This document shows, one piece after another, positions 50,516-58,495 of a stretch of 64,000 nucleotides of DNA (position 1 is its first letter; the number at the start of each line of letters is the position of its first letter). The stretch comes from Anaerolineae bacterium (GTDB lineage Bacteria > Chloroflexota > Anaerolineae > B4-G1 > DUEL01). The notes beneath the pieces were generated by a model that ran no database searches, was not told the origin of the DNA, and saw only the letters and a list, made by a program, of their open reading frames with translations. Location of the stretch: the NCBI GenBank assembly GCA_041082215.1, contig JBDOIF010000093.1:69504-133503 (forward strand). The letters are read 5' to 3'. Both the position numbers and the translations under genes were made by a program.

Positions 50516-51850
50516 TCAGGGGAAGATCCCCCGTGCACGGACCGCTTCGGCGACCCTGGACACGGCCAGCATGTACGCGCCGAGCCGCAGCGGGACCTTT
50601 CGCTCCTGGCAGAAGTCCCAGACCTCGGCGAAGGCGCGCACCATGATCGTCTTGAGGTTCCGGTTCACCTCTGCCTCGTCCCAGAAAAAGTACTGCAGGT
50701 CCTGTACCCACTCGAAGTAACTGACCACCACCCCTCCGGCGTTGGCCAGGATGTCGGGCACCACGACGATGCCCCGGTCCTGCAGGATGTCGTCGGCCTC
50801 GCGGGTGGTAGGGCCGTTGGCGCCCTCGACGATCATCCGCGCCCGGATGTGCGGGGCATTGTCGGCGCGGATCTGGTGTTCCAGCGCCGCCGGTATCAGC
50901 ACATCAACGTCGCTGACCAGCAGTTCGTCATTGGTAATGTAGTCCACTCCGGGCGCCTGATACCCCTCAAGCAGGTGTCGGGGATGGTTGGCCACATGCT
51001 GGTTGATGCCGGGTATGTCCAGGCCAGCCGGGTTGTACAGCCCGCCGCTGACGTCGCTCACAGCCACGATCTTACAGCCCATCTGATGCAGGAAGGTCGC
51101 CGCAAAGGAGCCGACATTGCCGTACCCCTGCACGGCTACGGTCGTGTCGGCAAGCCTGCGGCGCTTCCGCTTGAGCAGTTCGGCGGTAACGATCGCCACG
51201 CCGCGGCCGGTCGCTTCCTTCCGGCCGAGCGAGCCTCCCAGCGGGATCGGCTTGCCGGTGACGATCTCCATGACCGCCTTGCCCTCCAGCATGGTGACCG
51301 TATCGGCGATCCAGGCCATCACCTGCGGGTTGGTGTTGACATCGGGCGCGGGGATATCCCGCCGGGGGCCCAGGATGGGCAGGATGGCAGCGGTGAACCG
51401 CCGTGTCAGACGGCACAGCTCATCTTCGGATAACCCGCTCGGATCGCACTCCACCCCACCCTTGGCCCCGCCGTAGGGGATCCCCACCACAGCGCACTTC
51501 CAGGTCATCAACGCTGCCAGCGCCCGGACCTCGTTGAGGTTCACTTCGGGATGGTAGCGGATTCCCCCCTTGCACGGGCCTCGGGCGCTGGAATGCTGAA
51601 CCCGGTAGCCGGTAAACACCTCGATGTGGCCATCATCCATCACCACAGGGATAGAAACGGTCAGCTCTCGCTCCGGCCGGCGCAGGATCATGTGGATGCC
51701 CGGGTCCAGATTCAGCCTCTGGGCCACATCATCCAGCTGGGATAACACCGTGTCCCACAGGTCCTGCTTTGGAGTTTGAAGGAGGGTCAGCCCAGAAGGC
51801 GTCGCTACAGGCAGTTGCTCCAGACGGTGTTCCATAGCCGCTCCCTCCAT
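50516..51850 (-). CDS. gdh: Glu/Leu/Phe/Val dehydrogenase, probably glutamate dehydrogenase
   Basis: GPCKGGIRY, MTWKCA, PYGGAKGG, DIPAPD, QGYGNVG, EGANGP, NAGGVVVSYFEW; alternative start 51835. Confidence 0.93.
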   Translation of the reverse strand: MEGAAMEHRLEQLPVATPSGLTLLQTPKQDLWDTVLSQLDDVAQRLNLDPGIHMILRRPERELTVSIPVVMDDGHIEVFTGYRVQHSSARGPCKGGIRYHPEVNLNEVRALAALMTWKCAVVGIPYGGAKGGVECDPSGLSEDELCRLTRRFTAAILPILGPRRDIPAPDVNTNPQVMAWIADTVTMLEGKAVMEIVTGKPIPLGGSLGRKEATGRGVAIVTAELLKRKRRRLADTTVAVQGYGNVGSFAATFLHQMGCKIVAVSDVSGGLYNPAGLDIPGINQHVANHPRHLLEGYQAPGVDYITNDELLVSDVDVLIPAALEHQIRADNAPHIRARMIVEGANGPTTREADDILQDRGIVVVPDILANAGGVVVSYFEWVQDLQYFFWDEAEVNRNLKTIMVRAFAEVWDFCQERKVPLRLGAYMLAVSRVAEAVRARGIFP

Positions 51851-52398
51851 TACGCCCGCTTCCAGACCTCGATGGGTCGGTGGTGGAGCGAGGAGAGCAG
51901 AGCTCCGAAGCCGGTGCGGGTCTCCACTTCCACATCCTCTACCACCTGGCAGTCCAGTGCATGCGAGAACTGCGAGCGGTCCACCAGGTCGCCCAGCATC
52001 TCAGCCAGCGCCCGGTCCAACCCTGCCAGCAGAGAGTCCAGGGCGGCGGTCTTCTGCCGAGCCCAGACGATCAGGTGGGTCAGAGGCACTTTCCTGGCCG
52101 CGCCCAGGCAGGCATCCTCCGGGGTAGCCTCGTCGTCGTAGAGGTAGACCGCCCTGATCCCCTCATCCAGTTCCCCCAGGCACCCGGCTACCTCCCTGGC
52201 CAGCCCGTACTGGAAATAGCCACAGGCGTGGCTATCGCCCCGTCGCAGGCAGTCCGCCGCAGCCTCAGGGCTGCCCAGCGCCATCTTCTGCGCGCAGAAC
52301 TCCAGCGCCCGGCTGAGGGCAACCTCAGCAACCTCCGCTACTTCGGAAGAAGGGGTCTGCAGCGCCAGCTTCACATTGCTGCTTGTTTCAGTCGTCAT
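51850..52398 (-). CDS. Hypothetical protein, possible degenerate nucleotidyltransferase-like fold
   Basis: GGGAGG SD; TAATG overlap with gdh; helix-IRAVYLY-HLIVW-helix-LDCQVV pattern. Confidence 0.75.
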   Translation of the reverse strand: MTTETSSNVKLALQTPSSEVAEVAEVALSRALEFCAQKMALGSPEAAADCLRRGDSHACGYFQYGLAREVAGCLGELDEGIRAVYLYDDEATPEDACLGAARKVPLTHLIVWARQKTAALDSLLAGLDRALAEMLGDLVDRSQFSHALDCQVVEDVEVETRTGFGALLSSLHHRPIEVWKRA

Positions 52399-52457
52399 CT
52401 CTACCTCCCTTATCAGAGATTCTCAGCATCCCATTGCACCATCTCAACTCTGCTCAT

Positions 52458-52524
52458 ATCATAGCATGGGAGGGATGAGAAAGTCATAAAAAGCGCCTCC
52501 GTCCTCCTGAAAAATGCATGAAAA
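52458..52524 (-). promoter_or_regulatory. Extended -10 promoter with four phased TTTTCAT-like half-sites
   Basis: TGC-TATGAT at 52458-52466; half-sites at 52518, 52507, 52486 and 52475. Confidence 0.6.
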
Positions 52525-52556
52525 AACGGCGACCCCTGCCTCAACGGGGCCGCCGT
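52521..52556 (-). terminator. Probable terminator after the response regulator
   Basis: ACGGCGGCCCC / GGGGTCGCCGT stem followed by a U-run on the minus strand. Confidence 0.6.
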
Positions 52557-52578
52557 CTGCTCCCGCACATCGGGCGTC

Positions 52579-53292
52579 TCAGCTCTGATCCCCTCCCTCC
52601 TCTTCCGGGCAGGCCAGCATGTATCCGACCCCAGGGCAGGTGAGGATCAGGCGCGGATGAGAGGGATCCTCTTCCAGCTTGCGGCGCAGGTAGCGGATGT
52701 AGGCCCGCAGGTAGTCCACATCGTCCCGATACTCGGACCCCCACACGGCGGTCAGCAGTTCCTCATGCAGGACGACGCAGTTGGCATGGAGGGCCAGATA
52801 TCGCAACAGGGCATATTCTGTACGGGTAAGGGAGACCCGCTCGCCGCGCACCCGGACAGTGCGTCGAGCAAAATCTATTTCCAGGTCCCCACAGGTCAGG
52901 TGGGTTGGCCGCAACTCCTCGGGCCGCTGCGCCCTCCTCAACACAGCTCCTACCCGGGCCACCAGCTCCCTGGCGCTGAAGGGCTTTGTCAGGTAATCAT
53001 CAGCCCCCACATCAAAACCGCGCAGGATGTCGCTTTCCTGAGCCTTAGCGGTGAGCATGATCACGGGGACATCCGAGAACTCCCGGATACGCGAGCAGAC
53101 CTCGTACCCATCGGGGCCGTGCGGAAGCAGGACATCCAGCAGGACCAGGTCGGGTTGCTCCAGGGCGACCATCTCAAGGGCCGATTCGCCGTTGACCGCC
53201 GCGACTACCTGGTAGCCGATTGCCCTGAGCACCTCGCTCACCAGCCGAACCACCCGTGGTTCGTCATCAACGACCAGAATCTTCTCGGCCAT
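52579..53292 (-). CDS. OmpR-family (KdpE-like) response regulator
   Basis: VVDDE, LLDVLLP, GADDYLTKPF, YLRAYIRYLRRKLEEDPSHP. Confidence 0.93.
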   Translation of the reverse strand: MAEKILVVDDEPRVVRLVSEVLRAIGYQVVAAVNGESALEMVALEQPDLVLLDVLLPHGPDGYEVCSRIREFSDVPVIMLTAKAQESDILRGFDVGADDYLTKPFSARELVARVGAVLRRAQRPEELRPTHLTCGDLEIDFARRTVRVRGERVSLTRTEYALLRYLALHANCVVLHEELLTAVWGSEYRDDVDYLRAYIRYLRRKLEEDPSHPRLILTCPGVGYMLACPEEEGGDQS

Positions 53293-53306
53293 GCTGCTGT
53301 CCCTCC

Positions 53307-54584
53307 TTACTCATCGGTCCTATCCCAATCGGGCCGGGTCAGGGGAAGGGTGAAGTAGAAAGTGCTCCCCTGTCCCACCTGGCTCTCGGCCCAGATCTGA
53401 CCGCCGTGGCTTTCCACAATGGTGCGGGCGATGGGCAGCCCCAGCCCTGAGCCGACCACATGGCGGCCCAGGCCCGACTTGATGCGGAAGAACTTTTCAA
53501 ACAGGCGGTTCAGGTGCTCCGGAGCGATACCGACCCCCTGGTCGGCCACGCTGATGACCACGTGGTCCGGACGGACCTCGCCCCGCACCACCACCAGCCC
53601 TCCATCGGGGGAGTACTTGACTGCGTTGTCCAGCAGATTGCGCAGAACCTGCATAATCCGGTCCGGATCAGCCTCCACCAGAGGAAAATCCTCCGGAAAG
53701 TCCACCACCAGCCGGTGTTGACGGCTGCGGCGGGCTATGTCGTCCACCACAACTCTGACCAGACGGGGGAGCATCACCGGCTGGACCTCCAGTTTGAGGA
53801 AGCCAGCATCAATGATGGACGACTCCAGCAGATCGTGAATGAGGTCCTGGAGGACATCGCACTCTTCGTCAATGATCTCCAGGAACTCCCGCTGTGTCTC
53901 AGGGCTGAAAGAGGCCTCTTCCATCAACAAGGCGGTAGAGTAGCCTTTGATGGAGGTCAGTGGAGTTCGCATCTCGTGGGCCAGGGTGGAGATCAGTTCC
54001 GCCTTGAGGCGGTTGGCTTCGCTGAGGGCCTGGGCAGCCTGCAGCTCCTCCCTCAGATGGAAGTTCTCGATGGAAAGGGCTATCAGGTCGGCAACGTGCT
54101 GAAAGAAGGTCAGCTCCGATGGCCCAAAGGCATGCGGCTTTCTTCGGTTTTCCAGGATCAGCACCCCTACCCTGGCCTGACCGGTGATAAGTGGCAAAGA
54201 GATGGCGCTTTGGGCCTGATCCAGGCCCAGGGCCGCCCTGGCGAACCATTCGCGGTTTTCCGGGCTCATATCCTCCCGTGCAGCCGCGACGGCTTCGGGA
54301 GTGGAATATACCTGCGCCTGGCCGCTCTCAAAGGCCTTCCCGCTGACGGCCTCGCCGGGCATAAGACGGATGTGCCGCAGGGAGGAGAAATCATACCCCT
54401 GCGCCGCTTTAACCGCCAGCCGGCCGTCTAACGGATCGTAGATCAGCAGGACACCGGCATCCGTTACCTCCAGCTTTTCAACCAGGCAACGGAGCAGCCC
54501 CTGCATCATCCTGTCCAGGTCCCGCTCCGTGGCCACGATCTTGGCGATCTCCAGGATCGTCAGCAGTTGTTGCTCTTTATCCAT
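53307..54584 (-). CDS. Cytoplasmic GAF-domain histidine kinase
   Basis: No TM segment; GAF; AHEMRTPLT, NLLDNAVKYS, DQGVGI, GSGLGL; start 54584 (or 54602) overlaps ccmD. Confidence 0.92.
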   Translation of the reverse strand: MDKEQQLLTILEIAKIVATERDLDRMMQGLLRCLVEKLEVTDAGVLLIYDPLDGRLAVKAAQGYDFSSLRHIRLMPGEAVSGKAFESGQAQVYSTPEAVAAAREDMSPENREWFARAALGLDQAQSAISLPLITGQARVGVLILENRRKPHAFGPSELTFFQHVADLIALSIENFHLREELQAAQALSEANRLKAELISTLAHEMRTPLTSIKGYSTALLMEEASFSPETQREFLEIIDEECDVLQDLIHDLLESSIIDAGFLKLEVQPVMLPRLVRVVVDDIARRSRQHRLVVDFPEDFPLVEADPDRIMQVLRNLLDNAVKYSPDGGLVVVRGEVRPDHVVISVADQGVGIAPEHLNRLFEKFFRIKSGLGRHVVGSGLGLPIARTIVESHGGQIWAESQVGQGSTFYFTLPLTRPDWDRTDE

Positions 54585-54732
54585 CACCGCCCTCTGCATC
54601 ATCCTTCTTCAGCCTGGCCTCCAGTCTGGCGATCTCTTGCTCTATCCGCCGCTGTCGGGCCCAGATAGAGAGGACCAGGACAAAGGTCAACCCCCAGAAG
54701 ACACCATAAGCCGCCACCAGATAAACCGGCAT
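54577..54732 (-). CDS. ccmD: Heme exporter protein D (51 aa, below ORF-track cutoff)
   Basis: MPVYLVAAYGVFWGLTFVLVLSIWARQRRIEQEIARLEARLKKDDAEGGDG; AAGGAGGT SD; follows ccmC. Confidence 0.8.
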   Translation of the reverse strand: MPVYLVAAYGVFWGLTFVLVLSIWARQRRIEQEIARLEARLKKDDAEGGDG

Positions 54733-54780
54733 CTCCCCACCTCCTTACGTCCCTAATCACCCAATCGCCCAGTCACCCAA

Positions 54781-55470
54781 TCACCCACCGCGCATCACCC
54801 CAACCCGCAGCCGCTCCAGCGCGTCGGCGGCCCGCTCCAGGCGCATGCGCTGCCGCAGCAGGGTAACATAGAGCAGGGTAAAGGCCGCCAGAGAGACCAG
54901 AAGCGCGTGCACCATCCGGGGCGTGATGGCCATCCCCTCCCCGCCGGTCAGAATATCCGGGTGGATCGTCCGCCACCAGCGGATGGCGAACCATGAGAGG
55001 GGCACAGTGACGAAGGCAGCCGCACCGTACACAGCCGCGAAACGGGCCTTCCGCTCCGGCCCCTCGATGGAGGCCCGCAGCATCAAATAGGCGATGTAGA
55101 TCAGGAGCTGAACCGCCGAGATGGTCAGCCGCGGCTCCCAGGTCCAGTAGGTCCCCCAAACTGGCCGGGCCCACAGGGAGCCGGTGACGACGGTCATCGT
55201 GATGAAGGTCAGCCCCACTTCCACCGAAGAGACCGCCAGGATGTCCCATCGCCGCCCCCCACGCGCCAGGTAGGCCACGCCGGCCAGGAAGGTGACGAAG
55301 AAAGCGAAGAAGCCCACCCAGGCCGAGGAGACGTGAAAGTAGAAGATGCGCTGCACATCCCCCATCGTTGCCTCGCGTGGGGCGTAGAGGAAGACCATCC
55401 CCAACGCTGCCAGCACCGTCAAACTGCTGATGCCGACCAGGAGCAGTCCGGTCACATCTTTGTCCTTCAT
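54781..55470 (-). CDS. ccmC: Heme exporter protein C
   Basis: RIFYFHV, TGSLWARPVWGTYWTWEPRLT, WWRTIHP. Confidence 0.93.
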   Translation of the reverse strand: MKDKDVTGLLLVGISSLTVLAALGMVFLYAPREATMGDVQRIFYFHVSSAWVGFFAFFVTFLAGVAYLARGGRRWDILAVSSVEVGLTFITMTVVTGSLWARPVWGTYWTWEPRLTISAVQLLIYIAYLMLRASIEGPERKARFAAVYGAAAFVTVPLSWFAIRWWRTIHPDILTGGEGMAITPRMVHALLVSLAAFTLLYVTLLRQRMRLERAADALERLRVGVMRGG

Positions 55471-55525
55471 AACCCCTTTATCCCCCGATTCCACATTTGA
55501 CGTTTGACGCCTGACGTTTGACGTC

Positions 55526-56224
55526 TCACTCCTCCACCACATACCCAAACGTCAGCATCGAAACCGCCAGGATGAGCAGGTCGTAGACCACCAGCAGGCG
55601 GACCCATCCGCCGACGTCGGCCAGTGTGCTCCCTTCCAGAAGCTCACCCGTCGCCTGCACCGCAGCGATCAGGGCCGGGAAGGCCAGCGGCAACAGCAGG
55701 ACGGGCAGCATCACCTCCCGCGCCCGGGTGTTGACCGCGATGGCTGCCAGCAGCGTCCCTGCAGCGGCATACCCCACCGTCCCCAGCGCCGTCACCGCAA
55801 GCACCTCAGGTTGCAGGAGCGGCACGTCGAACAGGGCGGAGAAGAGGGGCAACAGGGCCACCTCTATCACCACCATGAAGATCAGATTCCCCAGCGCCTT
55901 TCCAAAGAAAATAGCGCTCCGGTCCACCGGCGCCAGCAGCAGCCCGTCTATGCAACCGGTCTGTTGTTCCCGGGCCAGCGACCGGCTCAGCCCCAGTATG
56001 CCGGCAAAGGCGGCCGTGGCCCAGAGCACCCCCGGCGCCGCCGCCCGCGCCATCGCCCCCCGCAGGTCCAGGGCGAAGCTGAAGACGAACAGCGCCAGCA
56101 GGGAAAAGACCAGCATCGCACTGAGGATCTCCCGCGTGTGGAGCTCCGCAGCGACGTCTTTGGCGACGATAGCGAACACCTTACGGATAAATCTCAAGCC
56201 TCCTGCTCCCGTCAGGCCCCTCAC
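55526..56224 (-). CDS. ccmB: Heme exporter protein B
   Basis: PGVLW, GLLLAP, FGKALGN, REVMLPVLLLPL. Confidence 0.92.
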   Translation of the reverse strand: MRGLTGAGGLRFIRKVFAIVAKDVAAELHTREILSAMLVFSLLALFVFSFALDLRGAMARAAAPGVLWATAAFAGILGLSRSLAREQQTGCIDGLLLAPVDRSAIFFGKALGNLIFMVVIEVALLPLFSALFDVPLLQPEVLAVTALGTVGYAAAGTLLAAIAVNTRAREVMLPVLLLPLAFPALIAAVQATGELLEGSTLADVGGWVRLLVVYDLLILAVSMLTFGYVVEE

Positions 56225-56916
56225 CCGGTAAGCCTGTGATACATCTCAACAAACCCCTCCGCCCCTATTGCCTCCCGGCGCTCGTCGTACACGACCCGGC
56301 CGCGAGCAAGCACCACCACCCGCTGCCCCACCGCCAGCCCCTGATCCAGGTCGTGGGTGGTGAGGAGGATGGTACAGCCCTCCCCCGCCAGGCCGGTCAG
56401 CAGGTCGGTGAGCGATCGGGACGCCTGAGGGTCCAGGCCGGTATACGGCTCATCCAGCAGCAGGAGCGGGGGCCGATGGAGAAGCGCTCGCGCCACTGCC
56501 AGCCGCTGCTGCATCCCCCGGGAGAAGGTGCGCACCAGGTCGTGTCGCCGGTCGGCCAGCCCCACCTGTCCCAGCAGCTCATCCACCCGGGCCGGGCCGT
56601 CTTCCAGATCATACATCCGGGCATAAAAGCGGAGGTTCTGCTCGGCGGTCATGTCCTCGTAGAGAAGGGTGCGGTGGGAAAGAAAACCGATCAGACGGCG
56701 GACCTCCGAACCGGTACGGTTGGGGTCCAGCCCCCCGATGCGCACCGTGCCGGAGGTGGGTCGGGTCAGCGTGGCCAGGATGCGCAGCAGGGTGGTCTTT
56801 CCCGCCCCGTTAGGCCCCACCACCGTCACGCACTCCCCCCGCTCGACGGTCAGATCCACCCCATCCAGGGCAGCGCGGGGGCCGAAGGATTTGATCAGGC
56901 CGTGCGCTTCGATCAT
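56221..56916 (-). CDS. ccmA: Heme ABC exporter ATPase
   Basis: GPNGAGKTT, FSRGMQQR, LLDEPYTGLD; adjacent to ccmB. Confidence 0.9.
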   Translation of the reverse strand: MIEAHGLIKSFGPRAALDGVDLTVERGECVTVVGPNGAGKTTLLRILATLTRPTSGTVRIGGLDPNRTGSEVRRLIGFLSHRTLLYEDMTAEQNLRFYARMYDLEDGPARVDELLGQVGLADRRHDLVRTFSRGMQQRLAVARALLHRPPLLLLDEPYTGLDPQASRSLTDLLTGLAGEGCTILLTTHDLDQGLAVGQRVVVLARGRVVYDERREAIGAEGFVEMYHRLTG

Positions 56917-58118
56917 CGCTTCCCGTGCTCCAGCAGGTTCCGGGCCTGCCGCTTGAGCTTCTCCCGCTCCATCCGGTACGCCTCCTCCCCTATCTCCCCC
57001 GCCTCGAACCGCTCGTCCAGCGCCGCGATCCGTTCCACCAGAGGGCGGATCCGGGGAGGGATCGGCCCTGGCGAGCCGGGACGCAGGAGCATGTAAGCCC
57101 CTACCGCCGCCACAGCCAGCGCCACCGCCCCTATCGCGTTTTCCCGGGCCACGTCGCGGGTGGGAAGGCCGCCCGTCGGAGCGGATGCGGTCGGTTCCAC
57201 CGCCGACGACGGCGGCGCAGGGACCAGGGTAAAGACCAGCTCTTCCCCCGCTGCCAGTGGCCCGGCGGTGTAGGAGAAGGATGGCCCCATCTGGGTATCT
57301 ACTGTCCCCGCAGGGGTCAACTCCGGCCCCTCCAGCGTCAGCTCCCCCTGGGGCATAATCACCACCACGGAGGCCACCGGCACCGGAAAGGCACGCCGGA
57401 CCTCCAGCCCTTCCCGATACGGAAGCTCGTAACGGAAGAACACCTCCAGGCTGACCTGGCCGGGCGGAACCGGCCGGGTATCGGCAAAGCCTTCCTCCAG
57501 CCCCACGAACCGCTCCCCCAGCCCCGGCCCGTCGAAGCTCAGCCCCTCGGCCTCTGCCGGCAGGGTGAACCGGAGCGTAACGCGCGCGCCCGCCTCCGGG
57601 CTTTCGGAACCTATATAGGTCCGGTCGCCCCCATTGCCGATCAGGTAATACTCCCCCACCTGGAGACGGTCCCCCACCCTGCTCATGAAGATGTGGAGTT
57701 GAGTGACCCGAACCGTGGCCGGGTCCTCTGTGACCTCATAGACGGTAACGGGGAGTTCAAGCTCCTGCTGGCCCGCTTCCAGGACGACGGACTCGGAGAA
57801 GTAGCCCACCCCCCTGTAGGTCACCTCCGCCAGGAAGGTCGCCCCCTCGCCAGCCGAGAGGCCGTCGAAGAGGAAGGAGCCGTCGGCGGCGACAGGGGCA
57901 GTCAGCGTCTCTGCCACTGCCCCTGCGTCGAAGATACGGAGGGTCACTTCCAGCCCCTCGGGGCTTCCTCCCCCCGGCGTGCCGTTGACCACCCGCCCCC
58001 GGACCACCACTCTCCCCTCCTGGGGGAGCGGGGTCCAGGCAACTATCAGCAGAGCGACGAGGCAGAAAACGAGGAGCGTCCAGCGTGAAACACCGGGTGT
58101 GAAACCAGCCCTCATCAT
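56913..58118 (-). CDS. Exported beta-sandwich protein with C-terminal TM and short helical tail
   Basis: Signal peptide, VRGRVVNGT...DGSFLF, late TM, IAALDERFEAGEIGEEAY; TGATG overlap with the upstream gene. Confidence 0.75.
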   Translation of the reverse strand: MMRAGFTPGVSRWTLLVFCLVALLIVAWTPLPQEGRVVVRGRVVNGTPGGGSPEGLEVTLRIFDAGAVAETLTAPVAADGSFLFDGLSAGEGATFLAEVTYRGVGYFSESVVLEAGQQELELPVTVYEVTEDPATVRVTQLHIFMSRVGDRLQVGEYYLIGNGGDRTYIGSESPEAGARVTLRFTLPAEAEGLSFDGPGLGERFVGLEEGFADTRPVPPGQVSLEVFFRYELPYREGLEVRRAFPVPVASVVVIMPQGELTLEGPELTPAGTVDTQMGPSFSYTAGPLAAGEELVFTLVPAPPSSAVEPTASAPTGGLPTRDVARENAIGAVALAVAAVGAYMLLRPGSPGPIPPRIRPLVERIAALDERFEAGEIGEEAYRMEREKLKRQARNLLEHGKR

Positions 58119-58411
58119 CAGCCTTCCCGCAGCGGCGTGCCGCATCCGGCGCAGAACCGGTCTTCTGGACCGACGCGCCGGCCACACTGGGGGCAAAAAT
58201 TCACCGGCCCCCCTGCCCTTCCGCCCCCCTGCTCTCCTGTCTCCTTGCCCCCTTGCCCTGCTGCGGTCCTGCCCTCCCGCCTCCTCACCTGCGCCACCCA
58301 CCGCTCGATCGCCCGGTCCGGCTCTATCTGCACCCGGCGGAACGGTCGGGCCAGGTAGGCGCCGACGAGCAGGGCCAGTGCAGCTCCTGCAAGAATTGCC
58401 CCGATGCTCAT
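58118..58411 (-). CDS. Membrane-anchored zinc-ribbon protein
   Basis: N-terminal TM; FCPQCG...FCAGCG. Confidence 0.8.
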   Translation of the reverse strand: MSIGAILAGAALALLVGAYLARPFRRVQIEPDRAIERWVAQVRRREGRTAAGQGGKETGEQGGGRAGGPVNFCPQCGRRVGPEDRFCAGCGTPLREG

Positions 58412-58426
58412 ACACCCCCCTTTAGT

Positions 58427-58495
58427 GGAGACGCGGGGACGCGGGGACACGGAGACACGGAGAACACCCCCTCACCGCGTCTCCCCATCTCTCCA
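58427..58495. repeat. 8-nt tandem repeats with a partial inverted copy
   Basis: ggagacgc ggggacgc ggggacac ggagacac ... ccgcgtctccccatctctcc. Confidence 0.7.
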
